Source: an uncultured delta proteobacterium
Lineage (GTDB): Bacteria; Myxococcota; Myxococcia; Myxococcales; Myxococcaceae
Assembly (NCBI GenBank): GCA_963776345.1
Contig: CAVZMH010000016.1
Location: 480,001 to 544,000, forward strand
Direction: 5' to 3'
DNA: 64,000 nt
Below the pieces are notes generated by a model that saw only the letters and a list, made by a program, of their open reading frames with translations, searched no databases and was not told the origin of the DNA. Positions 1 to 12,408 of the stretch are shown here, piece after piece; the stretch's first letter is position 1, and every line of letters begins with the position of its first letter. A program made the position numbers and the translations under genes.

Positions 1-2618
1 AGCTCCAGCCGGACGACGTGGGAGCGCTCCTGCTCCTCGAGCACACCCGGGCCGCCGACCGGGCCCGGCGCGCCGAGGTGCGGCAGCGGCTCGCCGCGCG
101 CGTGCGAGACCCGGGCCTGGCCGCCGCGCTGAAGCTCTCCGCCGAGCTGGAGCAGGGGCGACCGCGCCTCGACGAGCGGCTGGAGCACCTCCGCCGCGCG
201 TTCGGCGTCGACCCGGAGGACCCGCGCACCGCCTTCCAGCTCGAGCGGGCGCTGCGCCAGGCGGGCGACGCCCAGGGCCTCCGCGAGTTCTACGAGCGCC
301 GGCTCGCGGTGACCCAAGGCACCGCGGGCCGACTGGAGCTCCACCTGCGTCTCGCCCAGCTCGGCGAGGGTGCGCCGGAGACGCTGCCGCTGGCGCTCGG
401 CGCGTACCAGGCCGCGCTGGCCCTCGAGCCCGCCGAGCTGGTCGCGCTCCAGGGAATCCGGCGCGTCCGCCTGCGGATGGGCGACACCGAGGCCGCGGCG
501 CTCGCCTGGGAGACCGAAGCGGCCGCCACCCGGAGCCGCGAGGGCGCCATCGAGGCCTGGCTCGAGGCGGGACGCCTGTGGATGGACGCTCTGCAGAAGC
601 CGGAGCGCGCCATCGATGCCTTCGAGCGGGTGCTGGACCTGGACCCGCTGGAGGTCGAGGCCGCCGAGGCCGTGGAGTCGCTCCTGGCGCGTAAGGGCGG
701 CGCCGCCGAGCTGGCCTCGCTCAACGAGCGCCGCGGGCAGACCCGCCTCGCCTCCGGGGACCGCCCCGGCGCGGCCGAGGAGTTCTTCAAGGCCGCCCAG
801 ATCTGGCTGGACGGAGTGGGAGACCACGGCCGGGCGCTCGCCGCCCTGGGGCACGCGCTCGACGCCGAGCCCGAGCACGCCGACGCCCTGGAGCTGCGCG
901 CGGTGTTGGCCGCCGAGCAGGGACGCTGGGCCGAAGCCGCCGAGGCGCTCGAGGGGCGGCTGGGGATCGGCGGCGACGCCGAGACGCTGGCCGCGCTCCA
1001 GCTCCGGCTCGGCATCCTCTACCAGGAGCACCTGGACCAGCCGGCCCGGGCGGTGGCCGCGTTCGCCGCCGCGCTGGCCTCGGTGCGCTCGGCGGAGCCG
1101 CTCGACCGGCTCGCCACCCTGCACCGCGCGTCGCGCAACTGGACCGGCGTGGTGGACTGCCTCCAGCAGCTCCGGGCGATGGAGACACGGCCCGTCGACC
1201 GGGCCCGCACCTCGCTCCGGCTGGCCGAGGCGCTCGACGAGGGCTTCGACGACGCCGAGCGCGCGCTGGCCGAGGCCCGGGAGGCGCTCCCCTTGGTCCT
1301 CGAGGAGCCCGAGGCGATCGATCGCCTGGTCCCGCTGTTCGAGCGCAGGGGACGGATGTCGCTGCTGCTCCAGCTGCTCGACGAGCGCGCCCAGCCCCCC
1401 TGCCCTCCCGCCGCCTCGGCGCGCATCCGGGTCCGGCTCGCGGAGCTTTACCTCCGGTCCTTCGGGGACCTCTCCCGGGCCGTTGCCACCTGCCGCACCG
1501 CCGTGGAGCTCGACCCGGGCAGCGTCGAGGCCCGCGCCGCGCTGGCGGACATGCTGAGCAAGGACCCGGGCTCGGCCGACCTCGCCGTCGGCGCCCACCA
1601 GGCGGTGCTCGCGCTGGACCCCGTCCGGCTCCTCAGCCTGGAGACGCTCTACGAGGTCTGGGACTCGCAGCGGCTGCTCGACCGCACCTTCTGCTGTGCC
1701 GCCGCGATCGCCTTCGTCGAGGCGGGTCCGCCGCGGGCCGTCCACCTGCACCTGGACTGGAGAGGGCGGCTGCCCACCGAGCCGCACGCCCGGGTGGACG
1801 AGGTCTCCCTCGGGCTCCTCCTCCACCCCGACGCGCGGAATCCGCTGACCGGCGTGCTCCGGGCGGTGGGCGATCAGCTGTCGAAGCTGTATCCGCCCGA
1901 CTTCGAGATGCTCGGGGTGGATCCGAGGATGGACCGGCTGAGGCCCGACCATCCGGTCTCGCGGGCGATCCGCCTCGTGGCCGAGAGCTTCGGGGTGGAC
2001 CACTTCGACGTGTACCAGGCGCGCCGGGGGCTGATGATCGCGGAGACCGGCGAGCCGCCGAGCATCTGCGTCGGGCAGGACGTCGTCCGGCGCTTCAACT
2101 CCCGCGAGCAGAAGTTCCTCATTGGCCGCGCGGTGTTCGCGCTGCTGGAGCGGACCGCGCTCGCCGGGAAGCTCCCGGAGCCGGAGCTGGCGAACCTGCT
2201 CGGCGACTGCATCCGGGTGGTGGTCCCCGAGTTCGATGCGCTCGGACACAGGGACGAGGGGCGGATCCGCACCTTGCGCAAGCTCCTGTCGAGGAAGGTG
2301 CTGCGCGCGCTCGAGGAGCCGGCCCGGGAGATCGCCCGGGGACCGGTGCCGGATCTCGGCAAGACCCTGCAGGGGCTGTTCGCCTCCGGGAACCGGGCCG
2401 GGCTGCTGATCTGCGGCGATCCCGCCGTCGCCCTCACCATGGTGCTGCGGGAGGATCCGGCGTTCACCCCGGCGCGGGCCCCGGAGTCGCAAGAGAGCAT
2501 CGTCCGCGCGGTGCGGGAGCGAGCGGACCTCCGGGCCTTGCTGACGTTCTCGGTGTCGGAGGAGCTGTTCACGCTGCGGGAGCGGGTCGGGCCGACCTTG
2601 CCCGAGCGGGCGGTCTGA
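1..2618 (+). CDS. Large TPR-repeat protein (5'-truncated by window edge), myxobacterial type, with a C-terminal degenerate peptidase-like domain
   Basis: The frame is open upstream of 18. Many TPR-like helical repeats (AIDAFERVLDLDP, AVATCRTAVELDP, YQAALALEP). C-terminal EQKFLIGRAV...NRAGLLICGDP block. Confidence 0.8.
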   Translation, partial: LQPDDVGALLLLEHTRAADRARRAEVRQRLAARVRDPGLAAALKLSAELEQGRPRLDERLEHLRRAFGVDPEDPRTAFQLERALRQAGDAQGLREFYERRLAVTQGTAGRLELHLRLAQLGEGAPETLPLALGAYQAALALEPAELVALQGIRRVRLRMGDTEAAALAWETEAAATRSREGAIEAWLEAGRLWMDALQKPERAIDAFERVLDLDPLEVEAAEAVESLLARKGGAAELASLNERRGQTRLASGDRPGAAEEFFKAAQIWLDGVGDHGRALAALGHALDAEPEHADALELRAVLAAEQGRWAEAAEALEGRLGIGGDAETLAALQLRLGILYQEHLDQPARAVAAFAAALASVRSAEPLDRLATLHRASRNWTGVVDCLQQLRAMETRPVDRARTSLRLAEALDEGFDDAERALAEAREALPLVLEEPEAIDRLVPLFERRGRMSLLLQLLDERAQPPCPPAASARIRVRLAELYLRSFGDLSRAVATCRTAVELDPGSVEARAALADMLSKDPGSADLAVGAHQAVLALDPVRLLSLETLYEVWDSQRLLDRTFCCAAAIAFVEAGPPRAVHLHLDWRGRLPTEPHARVDEVSLGLLLHPDARNPLTGVLRAVGDQLSKLYPPDFEMLGVDPRMDRLRPDHPVSRAIRLVAESFGVDHFDVYQARRGLMIAETGEPPSICVGQDVVRRFNSREQKFLIGRAVFALLERTALAGKLPEPELANLLGDCIRVVVPEFDALGHRDEGRIRTLRKLLSRKVLRALEEPAREIARGPVPDLGKTLQGLFASGNRAGLLICGDPAVALTMVLREDPAFTPARAPESQESIVRAVRERADLRALLTFSVSEELFTLRERVGPTLPERAV

Positions 2619-2699
2619 AGCGGGCCGGCCGGGTGATGAGGTACTCGCGCATGTCGTTCGAGCCCGCGCGGCTCGGTGGAAGACTCCCGGAACCGGACG

Positions 2700-3434
2700 C
2701 TATTCGATCCGGAGCACCGTGCCCTCGGGCAGCTCGCTCCGGAGCCGCGCCACCACCGCCTCCACCCGCTCGGGCTCGGCGCCCTCCACTGTCACCCGCA
2801 CACGGTGGTCGGCGCCGGAGGTCACCGCCGGGTAGCTGCCGATGCCCACGTCCGGCATCCCCAGCGCCACCCGGTCGAGCGTGGCCGCGATCTCCGCCTC
2901 CCCCTGCGACAGGTACAGCGACCGGACGTGCACCGCGGCCTTCGGCAGCGACGAGAGCACCGTCTCCAGCTGCATCTTGAACAGCGACGGCACGCCGGGG
3001 AGCAGGAACATCCCGTCGCAGGAGAGGACCGGGTACACCGATCCCTCGGGGAGCAGCAGCTCCGTTCCCTCCGGCGCCTCGGCCAGGCGGAGCGCCTCGG
3101 CCGGCAGGGAGCCGGAGTGACCGCGGGAGAGCAGCTCGACGATCCTCGGCAGCCGCACCACCTCGCGGCCCAGCGCCAGCGCCACTGCACGCACGGTCAC
3201 GTCGTCGTGCGTCGGGCCGATGCCCCCGCTGGTGATCACCCACCGCGCCACCGCACGGGCGTTCACCACCGCATCGACGATCGACTCGATCTCGTCCGGC
3301 ACCACGTGGATCGCCCGGAGCGGGATGCCGTGCTCCCGGAGCCGCCTCACGAGGTGCGGCCCGTTCGCGTCCTCCACCTTCGCCGAGAGGACCTCGTTGC
3401 CGATGACGATCGCCGCTGCGCCGGTGCGTCCCAT
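2700..3434 (-). CDS. CinA-like / molybdopterin-binding domain protein (no PncC domain)
   Basis: IGNEVLSAKVEDAN, SGGIGPTHDDVT and LPGVP motifs. Start re-chosen at ATG 3434. Confidence 0.9.
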   Translation of the reverse strand: MGRTGAAAIVIGNEVLSAKVEDANGPHLVRRLREHGIPLRAIHVVPDEIESIVDAVVNARAVARWVITSGGIGPTHDDVTVRAVALALGREVVRLPRIVELLSRGHSGSLPAEALRLAEAPEGTELLLPEGSVYPVLSCDGMFLLPGVPSLFKMQLETVLSSLPKAAVHVRSLYLSQGEAEIAATLDRVALGMPDVGIGSYPAVTSGADHRVRVTVEGAEPERVEAVVARLRSELPEGTVLRIE

Positions 3435-3447
3435 CCGGCGGAGGACT

Positions 3448-4077
3448 CTACTTCCGTCGGCGCCGGGACAGCAGGCCCCGGGTCCGGGTGATGATCTCCC
3501 GGGCGACCTCGTCCGGCGTCCTCCGGCCATCCACCCGCACCACGCGCTGCGCCCGGGCGTGCTTCTCGACCACCCGCCCGTACGCCCGGGCCACCGCCCG
3601 CTGGACGTCGTCCGCGTCGAACAGCTCCTTCGCCCCACCCCGCCCGTGGCGCCGCTTCGCCGCCGTCCGGGGATCCACCTCCAGGTAGAACGTGAGGTCC
3701 GCCGGCCGCGCCGCCGCGTTCACCGCCTCCACCCAGGCCAGCGGAAGCCGCATCCCCTGGTACGCCAGCGACGACAAGACATAGCGGTCGGAGACCACCA
3801 CCTTGCCCTCCGCCAGCGCCGGCTCCACCACCGACGCGAGGTGGTCCAGCCGGTCCGCCGCGAAGAGCAGCGCCAGCACCAGGTCGGAGAGCCCCACCAG
3901 CCTCCGGGTCAGCGCCTGGCGCAGGACCACGCCGATCGGCCCGTCCGACGGCTCGCGGGTGCTCACCACCGCGACCCCGGCCTCGCTCAGCGCCGCCGCC
4001 AGCCGCGCCGCCTGCGTCGTGGTCCCGGAGCCGTCGATGCCCTCGAGGACGATGAACCGACCGCCCCCGGCGCTCAT
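3448..4077 (-). CDS. tmk: Thymidylate kinase
   Basis: FIVLEGIDGSG, TREPS, LFAADR and SDRYVLSSLAYQ motifs. Confidence 0.95.
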   Translation of the reverse strand: MSAGGGRFIVLEGIDGSGTTTQAARLAAALSEAGVAVVSTREPSDGPIGVVLRQALTRRLVGLSDLVLALLFAADRLDHLASVVEPALAEGKVVVSDRYVLSSLAYQGMRLPLAWVEAVNAAARPADLTFYLEVDPRTAAKRRHGRGGAKELFDADDVQRAVARAYGRVVEKHARAQRVVRVDGRRTPDEVAREIITRTRGLLSRRRRK

Positions 4078-4430
4078 CGGGGCAGCAGCGCCTGAGGATC
4101 GTCCAGGTGGAGCGCCCGGTGCACCGCCTGCAACGAGGCGAACAGCTCCAGCTCCCGCCGGTGGTGGGCCAGCCCGCGCCGGTACTGGACCCAGGCGTAC
4201 ACCAACAGCGCGCTCGCCAGCAGCACCGCCACCGCGCCCAGCACCGGGAAACGGATCGAGTCCCAGAAGAGCTTCGCCGCCGCCGCGGCAAAGACGGACG
4301 AGGCCACCAGCGCCAGGCCGGCGCGCGCGAAGTGGGTCGTGCTCTGCCGCACGGCCAGCTGGGCCTGGAGCCCGGGCAGCCGCGCACGGGCCGCCTCGGG
4401 TGTCAGCTCGGTCGAAGGTTCGGTCTGCAA
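4074..4430 (-). CDS. Hypothetical two-TM membrane protein
   Basis: Two hydrophobic segments. Stop overlaps the tmk start (ATGA). Confidence 0.7.
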   Translation of the reverse strand: MQTEPSTELTPEAARARLPGLQAQLAVRQSTTHFARAGLALVASSVFAAAAAKLFWDSIRFPVLGAVAVLLASALLVYAWVQYRRGLAHHRRELELFASLQAVHRALHLDDPQALLPR

Positions 4431-4553
4431 GCGGGGGCGGACCCTACGGCAGCCGGGCCCGAAATGGCTAGCTGGACGCGGCCGCCCTGACCTCGCCGAC
4501 GATAGCCGGCCTGACGACGCCTCGACCTGGACCTCGACTGCGGCCGCCCTGAC

Positions 4554-5102
4554 CTAGGGCTCGCCGGTCGGCAGCAACGCCCCGCAGGCGCCGCACCGCT
4601 CCATCGAGGGCGGGCTGCGCTCTCCGCAGCGCTTGCACACCCGGAGCTCGGTCGGCTCCGCCGCCGCGGCCGCCGTCGGAGTCGCCCAGGGCAGCCGCAT
4701 CCCGCATCGGTCGCAGAACAGCCCCGAGGCCTGCACGTTGCGGCAGTAGCGGCAGGTGGCGACCGTCGGCGCCACCGCCGGCGGTCCCTCGGAGGCGGCC
4801 CGCCCGGCGTCCAGGTCCGGGAGGCCGCCGGCATGCACGTCGGGACCGAGGTCGGCGTGCGTCACCTCCCAGCCCGGCAGCGGCTCGGCGGGAACCTCCG
4901 GAACCGCGCTGCTGGCCGTCGGCTCGAGGTCCGGCGCCGGATCGATCGCCAGCCCGGGCCCGTCGGCGGGCAGCTGCGTCCGCTCGAGCCCCTCCAGCGG
5001 CGCGGTCGCGGTGGCGACCGCCGGAGGGGGGCCGACCTGCTTCCCACACACCTCGCAGCTCCAGCCGGTGAGCGGTGAATCGCAGACGGGACAGGGGCGC
5101 AC
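4554..5102 (-). CDS. Multi zinc-ribbon protein with acidic Pro-rich linker
   Basis: Six CxxC motifs (CPVC/CEVC, CRYC/CDRC, CKRC/CGAC). Confidence 0.75.
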   Translation of the reverse strand: MRPCPVCDSPLTGWSCEVCGKQVGPPPAVATATAPLEGLERTQLPADGPGLAIDPAPDLEPTASSAVPEVPAEPLPGWEVTHADLGPDVHAGGLPDLDAGRAASEGPPAVAPTVATCRYCRNVQASGLFCDRCGMRLPWATPTAAAAAEPTELRVCKRCGERSPPSMERCGACGALLPTGEP

Positions 5103-5113
5103 GCGTCTCGACC

Positions 5114-5743
5114 TCAGCTCGGGAGAGGGGCAGGGGTCATCGGGACGAACCGGACCGAGAGCAGCCGCTCACTCGCCAGCTCGCCGTCCTCGCGCTTCCG
5201 CAGCCGGACCAGCTCCTGGCCGTCGAGCTGCCCTCCGATGGGCCCCACGAGGCGGCCCCCGGGCGCGAGCTGCTCCACGAGCGTCTCGGGAATCCGCTCG
5301 GGGGCCGCGGTGAGCACGATGGCGTCGAACGGCGCCGCCTCGGGCCAGCCGGCGAACCCATCGCCCACCCGGAGGTGGAGGCGGGCCCCGGCGAAGGGCT
5401 GGAGGTGCTCGGACGCGCTCCGGGCCAGGGCCTCGCGCACCTCGACGCTGTACACGTCCGCCCCGAGCAGGTGCAGCACCGCCGCCTGGTACCCGGACCC
5501 GGTGCCGATCTCCAGCACCCGGTCGCCGGGCTGGACCTCGAGCGCCTCGGACATCAGCGCCACCACGAACGGCTGGCTGATGGTCTGCGACTCGCCGATC
5601 GGCAGGGCCTCGTCCTGGGAGGCGAGGAACCGGAGCCGTCCGGGCACGAAGTCCGCGCGCGACAGGAGGGTCATCGCGGCGAGCACCCGCTCGTCCCGGA
5701 TGCCCTGACGGCGCAGGGCGACGATGAGGTGGGGATCCTCCAT
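5114..5743 (-). CDS. pcm: Protein-L-isoaspartate O-methyltransferase
   Basis: QTISQP, VLEIGTGSGYQAA, GDGFAGWPEAAPFDAI and VRFVPM. C-terminal part of the 5114..7573 ORF, with start at ATG 5743. Confidence 0.95.
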   Translation of the reverse strand: MEDPHLIVALRRQGIRDERVLAAMTLLSRADFVPGRLRFLASQDEALPIGESQTISQPFVVALMSEALEVQPGDRVLEIGTGSGYQAAVLHLLGADVYSVEVREALARSASEHLQPFAGARLHLRVGDGFAGWPEAAPFDAIVLTAAPERIPETLVEQLAPGGRLVGPIGGQLDGQELVRLRKREDGELASERLLSVRFVPMTPAPLPS

Positions 5744-5778
5744 TCCACGCGGAACGTAAAACGGCGGCGCCGACCTGG

Positions 5779-8526
5779 CTATCCCACCCGGGCCAGGGAG
5801 AGCGTCCCCTCCCACCGCTCCTCCAGCGCCCGGAGCAGGCCCCGGTGCTCGGGACGGGTCAGCCGCGGGTCCGCCGCTGCGATGCCCCGGGCCTCCTCGG
5901 CCGCCACCGCCGACAGGGCCTGGTCCCGGGCGAGGTTGGCCACGCTCAGCTCGGGGAGGCCGCTCTGCCGCGTTCCCAGGAACTCGCCGGGGCCGCGCAG
6001 CTCGAGGTCCTTCTCCGCGATGACGAACCCGTCGGTGCTCTGCTCCAGCACCTCCAGCCGGGCCCGGGCGTCGGGCCCGCCCGCCGGCGATGGCAACAGG
6101 TAACAGAACGAGGCCGCTGCCCCCCGCCCCACCCGGCCCCGGAGCTGGTGCAGCTGCGACAGCCCGAACCGCTCCGCGTTCTGGATGACCATCACCGAGG
6201 CGTTGGCCACGTCCACTCCCACCTCCACCACGGTGGTGCAGACCAGCACGTCCACGCGGGCCGTCCGGAAGGCCTCCATCACCGCGTCCTTCTCCTCCGG
6301 CTTGAGCCGGCCGTGCAGCAGCTGCACCCGCCGGTGCGGCCAGCGCGCCTGCAGCTCCTCCGCGCCCCGCGTCGCGTCGGCCAGGTCGATCTTCTCCGAG
6401 GCCTCGACCAGCGGGTACAGCACGTACGCCTGGCGGCCCTTCCTCAGCTCCAGCTCCACCGCCTCCCACACCTCGGGCTGGCGCGACGGCGTGGCCACGC
6501 GGGTGGTGATGGGTGTCCGTCCCGGGGGCAGCTCGTCCAGCACCGAGAGGTCCAGGTCGCCGTAGAGCGTCATCGCCAGGGTGCGCGGGATGGGCGTCGC
6601 GGTCATCACCAGGACGTCCGGCCGGCGGCCCTTGTGCCCGAGCGCCTGCCGCTGCAGCACCCCGAACCGGTGCTGCTCGTCGATGAGCACCAGGCCCAGC
6701 CGCTGGAAGCCGGTGCCCTCCTGGATGAGCGCCTGCGTGCCCACCGCGATGCGCGCCGCCCCGGACTCCACCGCCTCGCGGGCCCGCCGCTTCTCGCCGC
6801 CCGGACCGCTCCCGGTGACCAGCGTCACCTCCACCCCCGACGGGCCGAACACGCGGGCGAAGGTCGCCCGGTGCTGGGCGGCGAGGATCTCGGTCGGGGC
6901 CATCAGCGCCACCTGCCAGCCGTCCTCCACGGCCAGCGCCGCCGCCACCGCCGCCACCGCCGTCTTCCCCGAGCCCACGTCTCCCTGGAGGAGCCGGTGC
7001 ATCGGCTCGGGGCGGGCCATGTCGCGGCCAATCTCCGCCACCGCACGGGCCTGGGCCCGGGTCAGGGTGAACGGCAGGAGGCCCCGCGCGCGGGTGAGCC
7101 GCTCCCCGTCGACCGTGAAGGCGATCCCCGGCTCGTGCTTCACCCCCTGACGCCGGAGCGCGAGCCCGAGGTGCAGGAGGAACAGCTCGTCGAACGCCAG
7201 CCGGCGGTGCGCGGGACTCCGGTGCTGCTCCAGCGCCACGAGGTCGTCGTCCGGGCCGGGCTGGTGGATGCGCGCCAGCGCCTCGGCAAGAGGCGGGAGC
7301 GCCAGGCGCTCGCGGAGGTCCGCCGGGAGTGGGTCCTCCACCGCGGCGAGGTGGGCCGCGGCGACCCGCGCGACGAGCTCGCGGACCTGCCGCTGCTCGT
7401 GCCGCTCGAACCCCGGGTAGACCGGGACGATGCGGCCGGTGTGGAGCGAGGGACCGGTCCCGGCGTCCGCGGGCTCGACTTCTGGATGGACCATCTCCCG
7501 GCCGCCCGGCGTCGCCCGGAGCTCGCCGGAGACGATGAGGCGCTTCCCCACCGGGACGCGCGACCTCATCCACGGCCCACTCTGGAACCAGGTGAGGGCG
7601 ATGCTCCCGGTGTCGTCGGCCAGCACGGCCTGGAAGCCGCGCTTGCCGGGGCGAATCATCAGCTCGCGCGCCATCCGGACGGTGCCCACGGCGACCCCGC
7701 GCTCCCCGGGCCGGAGCTCCCGGAGCGTCGAGAGCCGGCGGCGGTCCTCGTAGGTCCGGGGCAGCAGGAACAGGAGCTCTCCCACCCGCCGGAGCCCCTT
7801 CTTGCCCAGCGCCTCCACCAGCCTGGGCGGGACCCGGATGCCGGCGCCGCCGATCGGCTGCGAGAGGGGCCCGCGGCTCGGCGCGCCGGCGATCGGACGG
7901 GCCACCTCCTCGGCCTCTGGCTTCGACGGACGAGACCGAGCGGCGCGGCGAGGGCGCCGTTGGGGAGCGGGCTCCTCCAGGAGCGCAGCCTGAGCTCGGG
8001 CGCCCGAGGTCTTCGGCGTGCGCCTCACGCGCGGTGGCCGGGGAGACTCCGCCGGGGCCTGCCCGCGAGCCCTCTCGCTCGCGCCGGCCGCTGCTCCCCG
8101 CTGCTCGGGTCGAGCCACGACCTGGGGGACGGGACCGAGCCCCGGCGCGGCGGAGACGTGCGCCGGCGAGGCGCTCCCTCCAGGCGGTCGCGCGTCGGCT
8201 CTCCGGGCCGGCGGGGAGACCTCCGGAGCGCCTCCTGGCACCGCCCGGGGCGCTGGCGGGAACGAGGACGCCTCCCCGGCATCGCGCACCCGCGGCGCCA
8301 GAGCGCGCAGGGCCGCCTGCTGGGACTCGGGGCCCTCGTGCTCGAGCGCCCGAGCCAGTCGCTCCAGCAGCCGCACGTCGTCCCCCGACCGCGCCGCCCG
8401 CGCCCCCTCGAGCGACGCCCGGACCAGCGCGTCCAGCCCCTTCACCGTCGACAGGCGCTGAAAGTCGCTCAGCGCGAGGAAGCGCAGCGGGGCGACCAGC
8501 GGCTGGAGGTAAGACGCGGAGGGCAT
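5779..8526 (-). CDS. recG: ATP-dependent DNA helicase RecG with long low-complexity N-terminal extension
   Basis: LLQGDVGSGKT, MAPTEILA, DEQHRFGV, TATPIPRTL and LHQLRGRVGRG. Confidence 0.97.
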   Translation of the reverse strand: MPSASYLQPLVAPLRFLALSDFQRLSTVKGLDALVRASLEGARAARSGDDVRLLERLARALEHEGPESQQAALRALAPRVRDAGEASSFPPAPRAVPGGAPEVSPPARRADARPPGGSASPAHVSAAPGLGPVPQVVARPEQRGAAAGASERARGQAPAESPRPPRVRRTPKTSGARAQAALLEEPAPQRRPRRAARSRPSKPEAEEVARPIAGAPSRGPLSQPIGGAGIRVPPRLVEALGKKGLRRVGELLFLLPRTYEDRRRLSTLRELRPGERGVAVGTVRMARELMIRPGKRGFQAVLADDTGSIALTWFQSGPWMRSRVPVGKRLIVSGELRATPGGREMVHPEVEPADAGTGPSLHTGRIVPVYPGFERHEQRQVRELVARVAAAHLAAVEDPLPADLRERLALPPLAEALARIHQPGPDDDLVALEQHRSPAHRRLAFDELFLLHLGLALRRQGVKHEPGIAFTVDGERLTRARGLLPFTLTRAQARAVAEIGRDMARPEPMHRLLQGDVGSGKTAVAAVAAALAVEDGWQVALMAPTEILAAQHRATFARVFGPSGVEVTLVTGSGPGGEKRRAREAVESGAARIAVGTQALIQEGTGFQRLGLVLIDEQHRFGVLQRQALGHKGRRPDVLVMTATPIPRTLAMTLYGDLDLSVLDELPPGRTPITTRVATPSRQPEVWEAVELELRKGRQAYVLYPLVEASEKIDLADATRGAEELQARWPHRRVQLLHGRLKPEEKDAVMEAFRTARVDVLVCTTVVEVGVDVANASVMVIQNAERFGLSQLHQLRGRVGRGAAASFCYLLPSPAGGPDARARLEVLEQSTDGFVIAEKDLELRGPGEFLGTRQSGLPELSVANLARDQALSAVAAEEARGIAAADPRLTRPEHRGLLRALEERWEGTLSLARVG

Positions 8527-8569
8527 CGGCAGGAACGGGGCGACCAGCCTACTCCCCGGGTCCCCCGCC

Positions 8570-9064
8570 CTATTCTTCGGTCTCGAACTCCGCGAATAGG
8601 ACCTCGACCACCTCGTACTCGCGTGGGCCGCCCGGGCTCTGCACGGTCGCCAGGTCGCCCACCACCTTCCCGATCAGCCCGCGGGCCAGCGGCGAGGTCA
8701 CCGAGACCAGCCGGCGCTTGATGTCCGCCTCGAGCTCGCCGACCAGGGTGTACGTCACTTCCCGATCGCTCTCGACGTCCAGCAGCCTCACCGTCGCCCC
8801 GAAGACGACCTTGTCGCCCGAGAGCTTCGAGACATCGATCACCTCGGCCCGGGCGATCCAGTCGTTCAGGTCGAGGATGCGGCCCTCGATGTGCGACTGC
8901 TTCTCCTTGGCCGCGTGGTACTCGGCGTTCTCCCGGAGGTCGCCGTGCGCACGGGCGACCTCGATCTCCTTCGAGATCTTGCCCCGCTCCACTGTCTGGA
9001 GCTGCTTCAGCTCCTCCTTGAGGCGCCGGAGGCCGGAGGCGGTGATCGGAATACGGCCGCTCAT
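8570..9064 (-). CDS. greA: Transcription elongation factor GreA
   Basis: ARAHGDLRENAEYHAAKE and SPLARGLIGK. Confidence 0.97.
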   Translation of the reverse strand: MSGRIPITASGLRRLKEELKQLQTVERGKISKEIEVARAHGDLRENAEYHAAKEKQSHIEGRILDLNDWIARAEVIDVSKLSGDKVVFGATVRLLDVESDREVTYTLVGELEADIKRRLVSVTSPLARGLIGKVVGDLATVQSPGGPREYEVVEVLFAEFETEE

Positions 9065-9093
9065 ACAGGGCGGCGGACGCTAACCAGCCAGGG

Positions 9094-12324
<3,231 letters not shown>

Positions 12325-12408
12325 CGGAGGCGTCCCTGTAACACGTCCGACAGACGGATCCACCGCCCCCTCCCGGTCGCTCGGCCGTGAGCTCCGGACG
12401 GCTTCGAC

